The notes: generated from the letters alone by a model not told the origin. Counted from the first letter of the stretch, positions 50,557 to 60,272 are shown. The stretch: DNA of 64,000 bases from Bacteriovoracia bacterium (GCA_050246755.1 JBFWVL010000001.1:1198486-1262485); one strand, 5' to 3'. Numbers and translations: made by a program.

Positions 50557-52011
50557 TTATTTAAGAAAGACTTTTGCAGTTTCGAAAAGTAAGGCAAATA
50601 CCCGATGCCAAAGGAATCCAAGCGCGGCGAGAGCAACGATTGCGACGGCTAACGAGAGCCACTCCAACGCGCCGTACCGAAACAGAACAAGAGGCGCAGT
50701 GTTTGTCGACGACGAAGCGCGTTGGCGGAATAGTAAATCCGTTCCCACGCGAATGGAAATTAGCGAAAGGGTGGCCACCAGCAGTACTTCGGCCGCGAGG
50801 AAAAATAGGGATTTCTGTTCCATCATCGCCGCCAAAAGATTCAATGCCATGGGAAATCCAGGTAAACCAGGAATGCAAAGCGGGCTGGCGAGCGCCAATA
50901 ATAGCAATAACCCCGAAGAGCGAAACGTGCGCGCGGCACCGTAGACATCTTTTAAATTTTCGCCGCCGGCACTTTCTTGAAATCGTCCCCAGTTAAAACC
51001 CAAAAGACTGGTCCAAACAAAAACCGAGGCAAAAGCATAGGTAATGGAGGATGCACTAAGTACGGTCGGCAATGCACCGGCCACTAAAATGGCCGACCAC
51101 TGCGCGCCCACTAGGGCACTGAAAAGACGCTTTGAATTTTCCTGCGTGAGCGCCACTAGGGCCAGCCAAAAGCCACCGCTAAGCCCACAGAGCTGTAACG
51201 TGCGCAGTCCCTCGGAAACTTCCCCGGGCCGAGCCTTGCCAAAAACCTCCACTCCCATTTTCCACAAAGCGAGGGTAACCGTTCCCTGCCAGATCACGGA
51301 AAGGGTTACCACTACCGGCCAGGGCATTCCTTGGTCGCGATCCACGTGCGCAAAGTGAAATGGAAAGAGTCCGGCGGCCATCACGAAGGGCAGGCAAAGC
51401 GCAAACACCACGAGAAGCGCGCTGAGGGAATAAATCGATTGCGCGTGAAGAAAAGAAGAGATCACATCATAGTGAACGCCGCCGGCGACCACGGCCAGAG
51501 CCGTAGCCGCGCCAAACCCACCCGCCATTACCAGAGAAGCTTGAATCCAGTACTTCAAGACGGCTTCCCCTTCACCGCGACCCCGAAACGCCAGGCCGCC
51601 GAGGAAAAGAGATAACCACGATCCGCAAACCAGAAGGATAATCGAAAGGGTCATCTGTCGGGAAAGCAGCAAGAGATCACAAAGCATTACCAGCGTGGAA
51701 AGCAGGAAAAGAACTTCGTGTTTTCTTTTTGCGGGTAACTCTTTGGTGGCCACAACGCCGCGCCCCAGGAGAAGGGCCGCCACGAAAAGAGCCGCACGCG
51801 GCAAACGGAAAAGCGGTTGATCTTCCAGAAGCCCGAACCAGATTTGGGACTGATCGGCCGATTGGCCCACGGCCAAGGTTGCCATTGCCGCCAAAAATCC
51901 GAGGCTTGAAAGAAATTCAATCGCCGTGCGCGAGCGAGAACTGCGGTTAAAAAGCAGCGCCACTCCTTGCGCTAGCGTGGCTAATCCGACGACTAAAATC
52001 GATAAGGGCAT
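50557..52011 (-). CDS. Divergent complex I antiporter-like membrane subunit (NuoN-like)
   Basis: 484 aa polytopic protein; EAVLKYWIQASLVMAGGFGA and GLFPFHFAHVDRDQGMP align by eye with nuoN EASVKYFVMGGASAAIYLYG and AAPFHMWAPDVYEGAP, but charged residues differ. Confidence 0.65.
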   Translation of the reverse strand: MPLSILVVGLATLAQGVALLFNRSSRSRTAIEFLSSLGFLAAMATLAVGQSADQSQIWFGLLEDQPLFRLPRAALFVAALLLGRGVVATKELPAKRKHEVLFLLSTLVMLCDLLLLSRQMTLSIILLVCGSWLSLFLGGLAFRGRGEGEAVLKYWIQASLVMAGGFGAATALAVVAGGVHYDVISSFLHAQSIYSLSALLVVFALCLPFVMAAGLFPFHFAHVDRDQGMPWPVVVTLSVIWQGTVTLALWKMGVEVFGKARPGEVSEGLRTLQLCGLSGGFWLALVALTQENSKRLFSALVGAQWSAILVAGALPTVLSASSITYAFASVFVWTSLLGFNWGRFQESAGGENLKDVYGAARTFRSSGLLLLLALASPLCIPGLPGFPMALNLLAAMMEQKSLFFLAAEVLLVATLSLISIRVGTDLLFRQRASSSTNTAPLVLFRYGALEWLSLAVAIVALAALGFLWHRVFALLFETAKVFLK

Positions 52012-52023
52012 GCCGACCTCAAA

Positions 52024-53478
52024 CTAATTGCCATTTAATCCTTTCAGCAGGGCCGCCACCGATACTCCCATGGGCCCCAGAAGCAGGCTCGGCAAAACCC
52101 CTAAAACCAAAAGCACCAGACCAAGCGGTGCAATCGCAAGAATCTCTTCCCAAACCAAGTCGTGAAACTCTCCGCGATCTCCATCACCGGCCCCGGCGTC
52201 GAGACGAAAAAACATAATGCTCATCCCAGCAAAAGCAACCACCGGAACTGCTAGCGTAACCACGAGCAGCGGCCAGCTATGCACCCCGCTCAGCGACCAA
52301 ATAACGAAAAGTACCCCGTAGAATCCAATGGAAACCGGCAGAAAGAGCGCAAAAAGGGAGGCCGCCGCCGTGCTGAGCGCAAAGGCAGGAAATTCACGGA
52401 TTCTTTGGAGCGGTAAGGGGAATTTTCTTCTCTCGTGACAAGCAAGCACGAAGAGCATGAACGGAATAGAGAGCGTTTGGAAAAATAGGAGAATAAGAGA
52501 GCCGTGCCACCCTTTGGGATTTAAATTGAACAAGCCGATGGCGATGAACGAGCAAACGGTCTGCTGCAACCAAAATACGCGATCGCGCGCCTGGCGTGCG
52601 CCGAGAAAATTCAGCGCACAGTAAAGGGCGCCGATGGAGAAAAAGGCCAGAAGGTAATGGCCGAACCGCAAAAGCTCGCCGGGAAAAAGCTCCACCACGA
52701 AACGAGAGAGCAAAGTAAATCCCAGAAGCGGCTGCAGCGCTAGCGGCACCGCTTTTTCTACGGATTCCATTTCGAATATCCGGCGGGTGCTGCCGTGAAA
52801 GGGAAATATTCCGGCGCCGATCCCGAATGCCAGCAGCAATAATCCAAAGCCGATCGACCCCGGCAGTACCATATAGGTATCGCCCGATAGTCGGAACCAC
52901 TCCCCGATGGAACCACGGAATCCCTCCGAGAACGCCAGCACGCAAAGCAATAACGACAATGAAGCGATGGTAGAGAGAAAAGCCGCCTCGCGTACCGGCT
53001 CAATGCGATTTTCCTTTGCGTCTACCCCGGAAAATATAAATCGGGGGAGTAATGCGCCGGCAAAGAAAACAGAGAAAAGCAAAAGGTGATCAGCGCCTAG
53101 GGCACCGAGCACACAAGTCAAGTAGGCGGAAAGGCTGGCTACCGAGGCGCGGGATTTCTCGAGCATTCCCCTCGCCAGAAAGTGATAGCAAACGGTTACG
53201 GAAGAGACCGCTAGCGCCAATATTCCCGAATGAAATACCCAGCGGAGGCCCGTGTGATTCGACCAAGCGCTCTGGGCGAGAATCGCCGGAGAAAGCACGC
53301 TTCCGGCGTATTCGTTGGGCGAATAGAAGCCGATGGCCAAAAACAGAAAACAAACCCAAGAGAGAAGGTGCACCAACAACGAAAATGCCCAGAGCTTCTT
53401 CCCGCGCACGGGACCGCAAGCCGCCACCGTGACGAGCAGAGGCAAAAACGTAGCGATTAGTCCCGCCCAGCCTTTCAC
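52024..53478 (-). CDS. Divergent complex I antiporter-like membrane subunit (NuoM-like)
   Basis: ORF 52024..53520; start possibly GTG 53478 overlapping the upstream stop (GTGA). GIGAGIFPFHGSTRRIF aligns with nuoM AIKVPLFPLHTWLPDAH; polytopic. Confidence 0.6.
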   Translation of the reverse strand: MKGWAGLIATFLPLLVTVAACGPVRGKKLWAFSLLVHLLSWVCFLFLAIGFYSPNEYAGSVLSPAILAQSAWSNHTGLRWVFHSGILALAVSSVTVCYHFLARGMLEKSRASVASLSAYLTCVLGALGADHLLLFSVFFAGALLPRFIFSGVDAKENRIEPVREAAFLSTIASLSLLLCVLAFSEGFRGSIGEWFRLSGDTYMVLPGSIGFGLLLLAFGIGAGIFPFHGSTRRIFEMESVEKAVPLALQPLLGFTLLSRFVVELFPGELLRFGHYLLAFFSIGALYCALNFLGARQARDRVFWLQQTVCSFIAIGLFNLNPKGWHGSLILLFFQTLSIPFMLFVLACHERRKFPLPLQRIREFPAFALSTAAASLFALFLPVSIGFYGVLFVIWSLSGVHSWPLLVVTLAVPVVAFAGMSIMFFRLDAGAGDGDRGEFHDLVWEEILAIAPLGLVLLVLGVLPSLLLGPMGVSVAALLKGLNGN

Positions 53479-54818
53479 AGGATCCCCCCGGCCAGCTGCG
53501 TGGCCACGACAATGAAACACATCAGGAAAACTCCATACCCAGCGAAAGCGGCCGGGGCCGACTCGAGAGAGGATTCCGCTCCCGGCTCAGGAGGACGATC
53601 ATCCACAAAAATTCTTCGGCAGATATGCACGTTGGCGCAGAAGTAAAAAAACCAAAGCAAGCCGAATACGATGCCGTAGCTGATACCGAGATCGAGGGAA
53701 CGAGCGCCGATCCCACTGAAAATCTGAAACACCGGGGTGCCGGGCACTCCGAGGATAAGCGCGAAAAGAATTCCCACGAAAACCTTCTGTAGCGGGCGCA
53801 CCACTTTGACCACCGAAGCATAAAGTACTAGCCCGGTGAATACTGGTACGAAGAGACAGGTAAAGTACGCGGATAGTACTAAGCTTGTCTTCGAGACTCC
53901 CACCGAAACCAAAATGAGCGAAAAGAAAAAACTCGGTAGGCTTCCCAGCATTTTTCGCCTGGATCCGGCCGCAAAAAGACCGCTGATAGAAAAGGCGCAG
54001 CCGGAGATTCCCAGTAGATACAAAGCCAGCTTCTGCTTCCACCCCATATCGGGATAAACCACAGAAAAAAGCGTGGATATCTTCAAGGCCACCGCGCTGA
54101 TGAAGGTAACCAAGGTAACGGTTACGCCTTCCGGAAGATTTTCCACCGCCATACTGAACCATCGGGACCATGGCGGAAGCGGAATCGAGAGCACTACAAG
54201 GCCCAGCCAGATAAATAAACCGAGCGAAGAACCGGAGCGGGGGCCGAATAGCATATCCTTCGCGCCGAATTCCACCACGCCCCATACAATCATCAGCAGT
54301 CCCAACAAGAAGTAGAGGCTATACATACGGCGGGAAATTCTATCTCCCATCTCACGACTGGCCCCGGCAATGGCAAAGCGAATTAGGTAGAAGAACACCG
54401 CCGCCGCCAGCAAAAGCAAACCCCCAGTAGCTACCGCGTTGTTAGAAATTATAAAAAGGCTGGTAAACGCCTGCGCCAGCGATAGCAGCACGCTTACCAC
54501 TCGCAGGCCGCCCGCCACCGCCCCCATCGCATGGGCAAAAAGAAAGCAGAGTTCTGCGGTGAGCAAAAAACCAAGCCGGAAAGAATCAAGCGAGAGCACG
54601 AATTCGAGCGGATAACCATCAGCAAGCGAGGTAGAAATTTCAATTACCGCTCCGCCAAATACAACCGGGCGTAAAAGCACGATGAGAAGTAGAGCGCGAA
54701 GGCTCGACGCGATGATCCCCGGGGAAACGAGCCTTTTGTGAAATGCATTCGGCAAAGGTATCGCGGCGGCGAAGGGCAAAACTATATACAGTAAGAATAT
54801 TAGCCGTTCTAAGCTCAT
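53475..54818 (-). CDS. Divergent complex I antiporter-like membrane subunit (additional NuoM/N-like paralog)
   Basis: 447 aa polytopic protein; IPLPPWSRWFSMAVENLPEG loosely aligns with the antiporter-like PLFPLHTWLPDAHVQAP region; 4-nt overlap with upstream gene. Confidence 0.55.
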   Translation of the reverse strand: MSLERLIFLLYIVLPFAAAIPLPNAFHKRLVSPGIIASSLRALLLIVLLRPVVFGGAVIEISTSLADGYPLEFVLSLDSFRLGFLLTAELCFLFAHAMGAVAGGLRVVSVLLSLAQAFTSLFIISNNAVATGGLLLLAAAVFFYLIRFAIAGASREMGDRISRRMYSLYFLLGLLMIVWGVVEFGAKDMLFGPRSGSSLGLFIWLGLVVLSIPLPPWSRWFSMAVENLPEGVTVTLVTFISAVALKISTLFSVVYPDMGWKQKLALYLLGISGCAFSISGLFAAGSRRKMLGSLPSFFFSLILVSVGVSKTSLVLSAYFTCLFVPVFTGLVLYASVVKVVRPLQKVFVGILFALILGVPGTPVFQIFSGIGARSLDLGISYGIVFGLLWFFYFCANVHICRRIFVDDRPPEPGAESSLESAPAAFAGYGVFLMCFIVVATQLAGGIL

Positions 54819-56563
54819 TTAGCCCCCAGGAGAAAGAGCACTCCGGCGAAAAGCGTGAGCACGGTTCCAAAAAACAAATAAAAGCGAATATTTCCGGAAT
54901 GAAGAAAACGCATCAGCCGAGAAAGCGAGGATCCGTAAGCGAGAAAACCACCCGGAAATTTCTCGGCAAAGAGCATCCGATCCGTCTCTTGCAGGGCACT
55001 GGCAGCGCGAATATTTATGGTTCCAGCTCTAAGCGCAATCCAGTCCATTCCTTTTTCGGGCGCAAGCACGGCCGCCTGATTCCAGCGGACAACCGCAGGA
55101 TCGATTCGCGGAAAAAGATCTTCCATTTTCTTTTCCTTATTGGCGCTCCAAATACTAAGGCGAGAATTAGCTCCAAGGAGCATACCCGCCAACCCTCCCA
55201 CCAGCAGGGCGGCCCCGCGCACTACAAGGGAAATATCGGATAAGAAATCTATCGGGAACTGAAGCAGCCCGGACAACCCATCGTAGGCCCGGAATAGAGC
55301 GGCCAGTTGAATCAGGATAACCAGTGACGCGGGCAAAACCGCGGAAGCGAAAGTAAAATTATTTTCCTTCTCTTTGTTCTGCCGCAGAGAACCCACCAAT
55401 GCCTTCACGGCCACCAGAGAAAGCAGAAAAGTGAGTATTCCCATGATGGCTATTTTCAAGATCGTTTCCCGATTCTCGGTATGCGCCGAAGGTACGCTCG
55501 TAAAAGGAACCACGCCGGAGATGATTCCCAGCAAAAACAGTGTGGCTAAGAATATGAGCGCCGTTCGCCACGCTTGGGCACTTTGGCGGGCGAAGCGGAG
55601 CAAAAGGCTTAGGGCGTAACAAGAAAGCAGGCCCATCGCTTCGAAGGCTCCCCAGCTTAATTCTTCCGGCTTTAAAGACGAGAAGCGCAGAAAGAGGATG
55701 TATCCAAAAATGCCGAATAACATCCAAAAGCTGGCGCTAAGCGTGGTGGAGGCGAGAAAAGACAAAGCCGAAAACAGTGCCGTGGCAACTGCAAATAGCG
55801 CCGAAAGCGGGATCCATAATTCGCCCGACATGTCCTCGTGGATAACTCTACCCAGCAGAAAAAAGGCCGTACCCGCCTGAATCAACGCGAGCGGAACATA
55901 GCGCCACTCGCTGAAATTATGCTTAGAAAGCATGAATGCCATCACGTAAAGCACCATGCCGAGCAGAACGACGGAGCTATTGGTAAAGAAGCTCGCCGCG
56001 GTGAGGCCGAGCATCGCGATCAATCCGAGAAATAAAAAACTATTTCGCTTAAAATAGGAAATTCTCTCGAGCTCGCCCTCTGTGCCGCCCATTTCTAGGC
56101 TGAAAGAATGCAAGAGGAAAACGGTGATTTCGATGAACATCAGCGAAAGGAGCGCGTTCTCGCTCAAGTAGGCGAGGGCCAGGAATAAGAACGAACCGCT
56201 TAGGAATAGAAAGCGCAGCGTACCCCTCGCGCCGCCGAAGGAAGAAGCGCCGTCGAACATGACCAAACCAAGCAAAACGGAGGCAGAAAGAAAAATCCAA
56301 ACGTACCGCACCCAATACATGAGTAACGACGGCTCAAAATAGCCGGAAGTGTCGGTGGAAAGGGGCAATAGAAATTCCATTTTCACCGGAAGCTCAAACT
56401 GAAAAATCCCGATTAGGGAGGCGAGCAGCATCGTGCCGAACAAAATAAGACCGCCACGCTTCTCGGAATCGGAACGGCGATCGCTCTTAAGCGCAAACAA
56501 AACCAGCGCCGCAAGCGGGGCGCAGAATATAAGCAGTGGCACTACGATATTCCCAAAATTCAT
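54815..56563 (-). CDS. Divergent complex I antiporter-like membrane subunit (NuoL-like by position and length)
   Basis: 582 aa polytopic protein immediately after the NuoK-like gene, with extended C-terminal region; canonical NuoL motifs not recognizable by eye. Confidence 0.55.
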   Translation of the reverse strand: MNFGNIVVPLLIFCAPLAALVLFALKSDRRSDSEKRGGLILFGTMLLASLIGIFQFELPVKMEFLLPLSTDTSGYFEPSLLMYWVRYVWIFLSASVLLGLVMFDGASSFGGARGTLRFLFLSGSFLFLALAYLSENALLSLMFIEITVFLLHSFSLEMGGTEGELERISYFKRNSFLFLGLIAMLGLTAASFFTNSSVVLLGMVLYVMAFMLSKHNFSEWRYVPLALIQAGTAFFLLGRVIHEDMSGELWIPLSALFAVATALFSALSFLASTTLSASFWMLFGIFGYILFLRFSSLKPEELSWGAFEAMGLLSCYALSLLLRFARQSAQAWRTALIFLATLFLLGIISGVVPFTSVPSAHTENRETILKIAIMGILTFLLSLVAVKALVGSLRQNKEKENNFTFASAVLPASLVILIQLAALFRAYDGLSGLLQFPIDFLSDISLVVRGAALLVGGLAGMLLGANSRLSIWSANKEKKMEDLFPRIDPAVVRWNQAAVLAPEKGMDWIALRAGTINIRAASALQETDRMLFAEKFPGGFLAYGSSLSRLMRFLHSGNIRFYLFFGTVLTLFAGVLFLLGAK

Positions 56564-56578
56564 CCGTTAAAACTCCAG

Positions 56579-56899
56579 CTAATGCCGCAAACTATCTTCT
56601 TCATCCACATCCAGCGTTCCGCGAAATCGGCTACAGCGGTGCAATACCAGCAGACCCACCGCCACGAGCGCGGGAACCATTCCCAATGCCACTAACGAGA
56701 GCACGATGAGATCTCCGCCGCCGGAAGAAAAATATTGCGAGAATAAAAATCCACATGCCACCACGGCCTTAAGTGCGGTGGCCTGACCCACCAGCCCCCA
56801 TGCCGCCACCCGGCGCAGCGCGATGGCCGAAAGGCCCGCCACAAATACGGCCAAGAGCAAGATCACGTTAATTTTGTTTGCCACCGAGGTTAAATCCAT
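56579..56899 (-). CDS. Divergent NuoK-like small membrane subunit
   Basis: Track ORF 56579..57289 overlaps the NuoJ-like gene in another frame; start taken at ATG 56899 (MDLTSVANKINVILLLAVFVAG...), giving 106 aa with three hydrophobic helices at the NuoK position. Confidence 0.55.
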   Translation of the reverse strand: MDLTSVANKINVILLLAVFVAGLSAIALRRVAAWGLVGQATALKAVVACGFLFSQYFSSGGGDLIVLSLVALGMVPALVAVGLLVLHRCSRFRGTLDVDEEDSLRH

Positions 56900-57393
56900 T
56901 ACCGCTCCCTCCGCACAAGGAAGAATCCTCCGGTAACGATTACGATCAGGAAAAGCAGCGGAATCACCGCTAGCAGCCAGTCGGAGGTCCAGATTTTTTC
57001 GTGGAGCAGAGACAAACTTGGCGCCGGCGTCACCCCCGGTGGCATCAACTCCTCGAGCTCCAAGATCGCCAGCGCGCCGGTGACCACCGAGCAAAGGCCT
57101 AGCCATAGGAAAAACAGGCGATACAGCCAATCGGCACGGCGATTGCGGGCCGGGCGCGCGGGAAGCAGTTCTTGGGTGCGAAAATAAAGATAAATAGCGA
57201 AATCGGCCGAAAGAAATACCGCAATCATCATAATCCCAAAGTATCCGCCACTCATGAGTTCTACGGCCGCGCCCAAGCCAATGGAGCAAAGAATAGATCC
57301 CCAGAGTAAACGTTCGGTGGAATCGGCGGTGATCGCCATAATCGCGGAAATCAATGCCAACGCCAAACAGCTGCCAACAAAAAATGAGATCAT
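56899..57393 (-). CDS. Divergent NuoJ-like membrane subunit
   Basis: 164 aa, hydrophobic helices, in the J position between the NuoI-like and NuoK-like genes. Confidence 0.55.
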   Translation of the reverse strand: MISFFVGSCLALALISAIMAITADSTERLLWGSILCSIGLGAAVELMSGGYFGIMMIAVFLSADFAIYLYFRTQELLPARPARNRRADWLYRLFFLWLGLCSVVTGALAILELEELMPPGVTPAPSLSLLHEKIWTSDWLLAVIPLLFLIVIVTGGFFLVRRER

Positions 57394-57863
57394 CGTCTCA
57401 CCTCGTAAGTACGAATACGGGTGATGTCTTTATCGCTCTTCTGGCCGCCACCACGAAATACGGCGATTAAATCTTTCGTGCTCTCGGTAACGATTTCAAA
57501 TTCTTTGGAATAGGAAAGGCTAGCCTCGGGACAGATCTCGATACAAACACCGCACGAAAAGCATTTTCCCAAATGAATATTGAATTCTTGCACGCGAATC
57601 GTACCGTCGCGCAGGTTCTCGGAAGTAAAATCAATTGCCTTCACCGGACAGGCCGGAACGCAAAGACCGCATCCACTGCACTTCGATAAATCATTGGTCA
57701 CGTAGCCCTTATAGCTAGTGAACATGTCTAATGGGGCCTTGGCGGACACTAGGTCTGGATACTTTTCCACGACGCTTTTGTAACGATGCTTCGTACGGCG
57801 CAGAAAGCCGAAATTGATTTTCAGCGTGCTCTTGAGGGCGTTAATTACCTGCCTGACCTTCAT
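57390..57863 (-). CDS. Divergent NuoI-like 2x[4Fe-4S] ferredoxin subunit
   Basis: ORF 57390..57911; start probably Met17 at 57863 (ATGA overlap with upstream stop); two CxxCxxCxxxCP motifs (CSGCGLCVPACP, CFSCGVCIEICP). Confidence 0.75.
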   Translation of the reverse strand: MKVRQVINALKSTLKINFGFLRRTKHRYKSVVEKYPDLVSAKAPLDMFTSYKGYVTNDLSKCSGCGLCVPACPVKAIDFTSENLRDGTIRVQEFNIHLGKCFSCGVCIEICPEASLSYSKEFEIVTESTKDLIAVFRGGGQKSDKDITRIRTYEVRR

Positions 57864-58795
57864 CCGCGCACCCCCACCCAAACGGCTTCGAGAAAGAATC
57901 CGATGAGACATAGACGCAATAGCCAGCGGGCCGCCAATTCACTGGCGTCGGCCGAGCGAATCTTAGGAAAACTAGCCTGCAGAAGGGTGAACACGAATAT
58001 TCCGGCCGCCACTTTCAGCGGAAAGAGAACTTTCACGATGAGCCCGCTGGCCCCTCCGCAAAAAACGTATACCCAGAAACAAATCAAAGAGAATACCCAC
58101 ATTTTCTGCACGAAAATCGTGATGTATTGCATCGAGTGATTGAGGCTCTGCTCATCTTGCAGCTGCACTGGACTTTCCGTGGCGAAAAGGAAAATGGAGC
58201 AGAAGGCGGTTATGCCGCAAAGGAAAAGACCCGGACTGCTCAGCAGCGCGTGATAGGGGAAATAAATCTGAAAATCCGAAATCGCGCTCAAGTTGAGCTG
58301 ACCCACCCTTAGGGTTACGGCGAAAACCGATAGCAGCAATCCCGAAACTCCCATCGCCCGAAGCAAAAGCCGGCGGCGGCGGTCGAAACGCTCGCGTGAA
58401 TCGGCGGTGGCATGCACCAGCAGCGCCTCTAAAGCGGCCGCGATCATCGGAAAAAGCAGCAGGAGTGGAAGATCAATTTGATCGCCGCCCTCCGGGTAAG
58501 TTACCGCCAGCAAAGCCAGCAGGAATACTATGGGAAGAATTCGCCAAACCAAGGAGGCGAGACGTATCCGAAACGGCAGGGCCAATAAATCCGCCGGCTT
58601 CTTTTTCCGGGTTTTCTGAAAATCTTTCCAGACCTGAAAAAAATCCGTTTGCCCATGCCGGCCGGGCCCGTCGCGATGCTGCACGCGAGCAGCGACGAAG
58701 CGTTCGCAAAAAAGAAGGAAGAAGGTTCCCCCAAAGAGAAAGAGTAGCGAGCCCACGAGCGCCGCCCCGGCGAGCAAGAAATCTAGCGCACTCAT
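57860..58795 (-). CDS. Divergent NuoH-like membrane subunit
   Basis: 311 aa; RVQHRDGPGRHGQTDFFQVWKDFQK aligns with NuoH RxGPNxVGxxGLLQxxADxxK; polytopic. Confidence 0.7.
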   Translation of the reverse strand: MSALDFLLAGAALVGSLLFLFGGTFFLLFCERFVAARVQHRDGPGRHGQTDFFQVWKDFQKTRKKKPADLLALPFRIRLASLVWRILPIVFLLALLAVTYPEGGDQIDLPLLLLFPMIAAALEALLVHATADSRERFDRRRRLLLRAMGVSGLLLSVFAVTLRVGQLNLSAISDFQIYFPYHALLSSPGLFLCGITAFCSIFLFATESPVQLQDEQSLNHSMQYITIFVQKMWVFSLICFWVYVFCGGASGLIVKVLFPLKVAAGIFVFTLLQASFPKIRSADASELAARWLLRLCLIGFFLEAVWVGVRG

Positions 58796-59868
58796 TTGTC
58801 TACCTCCGAAAAGGAGATATCGAGCGAATGAATCACGAGGAAAGCGTCTTCCGCGTGAATTCCGCGCAGCAGGCGCGGCAGCACCTGAACCGCCATAGCC
58901 GAAGGGCAGAAAAAACTTACTTGCGACGGCTGCGAACGGCCATCGGATTCAACCATCGCGTAGATAGCTCCGCGAGGGCCCTCCACGCCACAAACTGCTT
59001 TTCCGGGCGCCGGGCGCACGTCTAGACCCACCCGGATGCGGTGGTTACCCGAAGGAATATGGCGAAATACGGATTCGATGAGCTGAGCCGACTGCAAAAT
59101 TTCCCGCTTGCGAATGTGTGCGCGGTCGAACGCGTCTCCCAGATAATTCCTCGAGGTGTCTAGCATCATCTCTGTGCCACGATAAGCGCCGTAGGGGCGC
59201 GAAACCCGAAGATCGCAGTCCGCTAAGCCGCTCGCACGCGCGTTAGGACCAGTAATATTCCAATTTTTAACCATCGCCGCATCTAACTGGCCCAAACCCC
59301 GGGTGCGCTTTTCGAAAAACGGGTGCGTAAGGAGGGAGCTTTCTAGATCCGGCAAAAATTCTCTTAAGCTGGCCACGGCTTTTTCGATTTTAAAAAACCA
59401 TCCGTCGGTGGCGTCGCTGATCACTCCACCAAGGCAAATAGAGCCGAAACCAAGGCGCGAACCGCAATACATCTCAAATATATCCGCGAAGCGCTCGCGT
59501 TCCCGGAGGCAGTGATTCATGATCGCAGCCTGCCCGGCAGCCCTGGCCAAATTTCCGTAGTAATGAAGATGGCTGGCAATTCGGTTGAGCTCGAGCAGAA
59601 TTAGGCGAATCTGCTCAGACCGAGCCGAGATTTCTATGCGCAGCAAGTCTTCGCAGGCCGAGGCAAGAGCGAAATTGAAGGCCGGAGCCGCGAGATAATC
59701 GAGGCGATCCATGTAATTTAGGGCTTGGGCTAAAGGTAGCTGCAATGCGATCGCTTCCAGGCTACGGCGTCCATAACCCACGGTCATCCGGGCGTCGGCC
59801 ACTAAGCCACCGTCTTCTTCGAGCTTCAGCCCGAAAGCACCGATTCCCTGCGTTCCCGCAAGATACAT
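58792..59868 (-). CDS. Divergent NuoD-like (49-kDa-type) subunit; no NiFe-binding cysteine motifs
   Basis: ORF 58792..59967; start probably Met34 at 59868. LAGTQGIGAFGLKLEEDGGLV / VGYGRRSLEAI / YMDRLDY / HSLDISFSEVDK align with canonical nuoD GPQHPATHGTLRIV / IGYLHRGMEKL / YTDRLNY / GSVNIIAGELDR. No CxxC pairs at either terminus. Confidence 0.75.
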   Translation of the reverse strand: MYLAGTQGIGAFGLKLEEDGGLVADARMTVGYGRRSLEAIALQLPLAQALNYMDRLDYLAAPAFNFALASACEDLLRIEISARSEQIRLILLELNRIASHLHYYGNLARAAGQAAIMNHCLRERERFADIFEMYCGSRLGFGSICLGGVISDATDGWFFKIEKAVASLREFLPDLESSLLTHPFFEKRTRGLGQLDAAMVKNWNITGPNARASGLADCDLRVSRPYGAYRGTEMMLDTSRNYLGDAFDRAHIRKREILQSAQLIESVFRHIPSGNHRIRVGLDVRPAPGKAVCGVEGPRGAIYAMVESDGRSQPSQVSFFCPSAMAVQVLPRLLRGIHAEDAFLVIHSLDISFSEVDK

Positions 59869-59879
59869 AGGAGTATAAT

Positions 59880-60272
59880 CTAAAGTGGTCGCCACGTGGC
59901 GTCCCTTTCTGGAATCATGCCGGCGAACTCTACTCCGTTGAAAGTGCGTAGCTCTTCTTCCCACCAAAGACTAAACGGCCAGAGGGCGCTGGGGCGCGGA
60001 AAGGCCGAAGAAGGAGCAACTTCCAGAATAAAAAAGATCGGTTCATTTCCGCACGTAAGCAGCAGCTCGATGGAAAGATTCGTGCCCGCGCCGGCCGTCG
60101 ATAACCCATGCAAAGCGGGGCGTTCGCCAGAGGGTAGCGCGCCCCAATGCTCGAGCAATTTTGCCAGCTCCGAAGTTCCCGCCTGGACGCGAGAAACTTT
60201 ATCTCCGGCCGCAGGGGTGCCCGGCACCTTCACGATGCCTCCCCAAATATTTTTTTCTCCGCCTGATCTCAC
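59880..60272 (-). CDS. Divergent, shortened NuoC-like (30-kDa-type) subunit
   Basis: 130 aa; LWPFSLWWEEELRTFNGVEFAG aligns with canonical [22 protein letters not shown]. Confidence 0.6.
   Translation of the reverse strand: MRSGGEKNIWGGIVKVPGTPAAGDKVSRVQAGTSELAKLLEHWGALPSGERPALHGLSTAGAGTNLSIELLLTCGNEPIFFILEVAPSSAFPRPSALWPFSLWWEEELRTFNGVEFAGMIPERDATWRPL

Noticed and set aside
56579-57289. 236-aa ORF from the six-frame track
   Set aside because: Its N-terminal two thirds overlap the NuoJ-like gene in another frame and are Arg/Gly-rich; only the C-terminal 106 aa (from ATG 56899) look like a real NuoK-like membrane protein.
58396-59025. 209-aa plus-strand ORF within the divergent cluster
   Set aside because: Extremely Arg-rich, antisense to the NuoH-like and NuoD-like genes.
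58792-59967. Possible [NiFe]-hydrogenase large subunit (group 4, Ech/Mbh-like) in the divergent cluster
   Set aside because: No N-terminal or C-terminal CxxC nickel-binding motifs; the C-terminus ends like NuoD (SFSEVDK) rather than a hydrogenase. Called NuoD-like instead.
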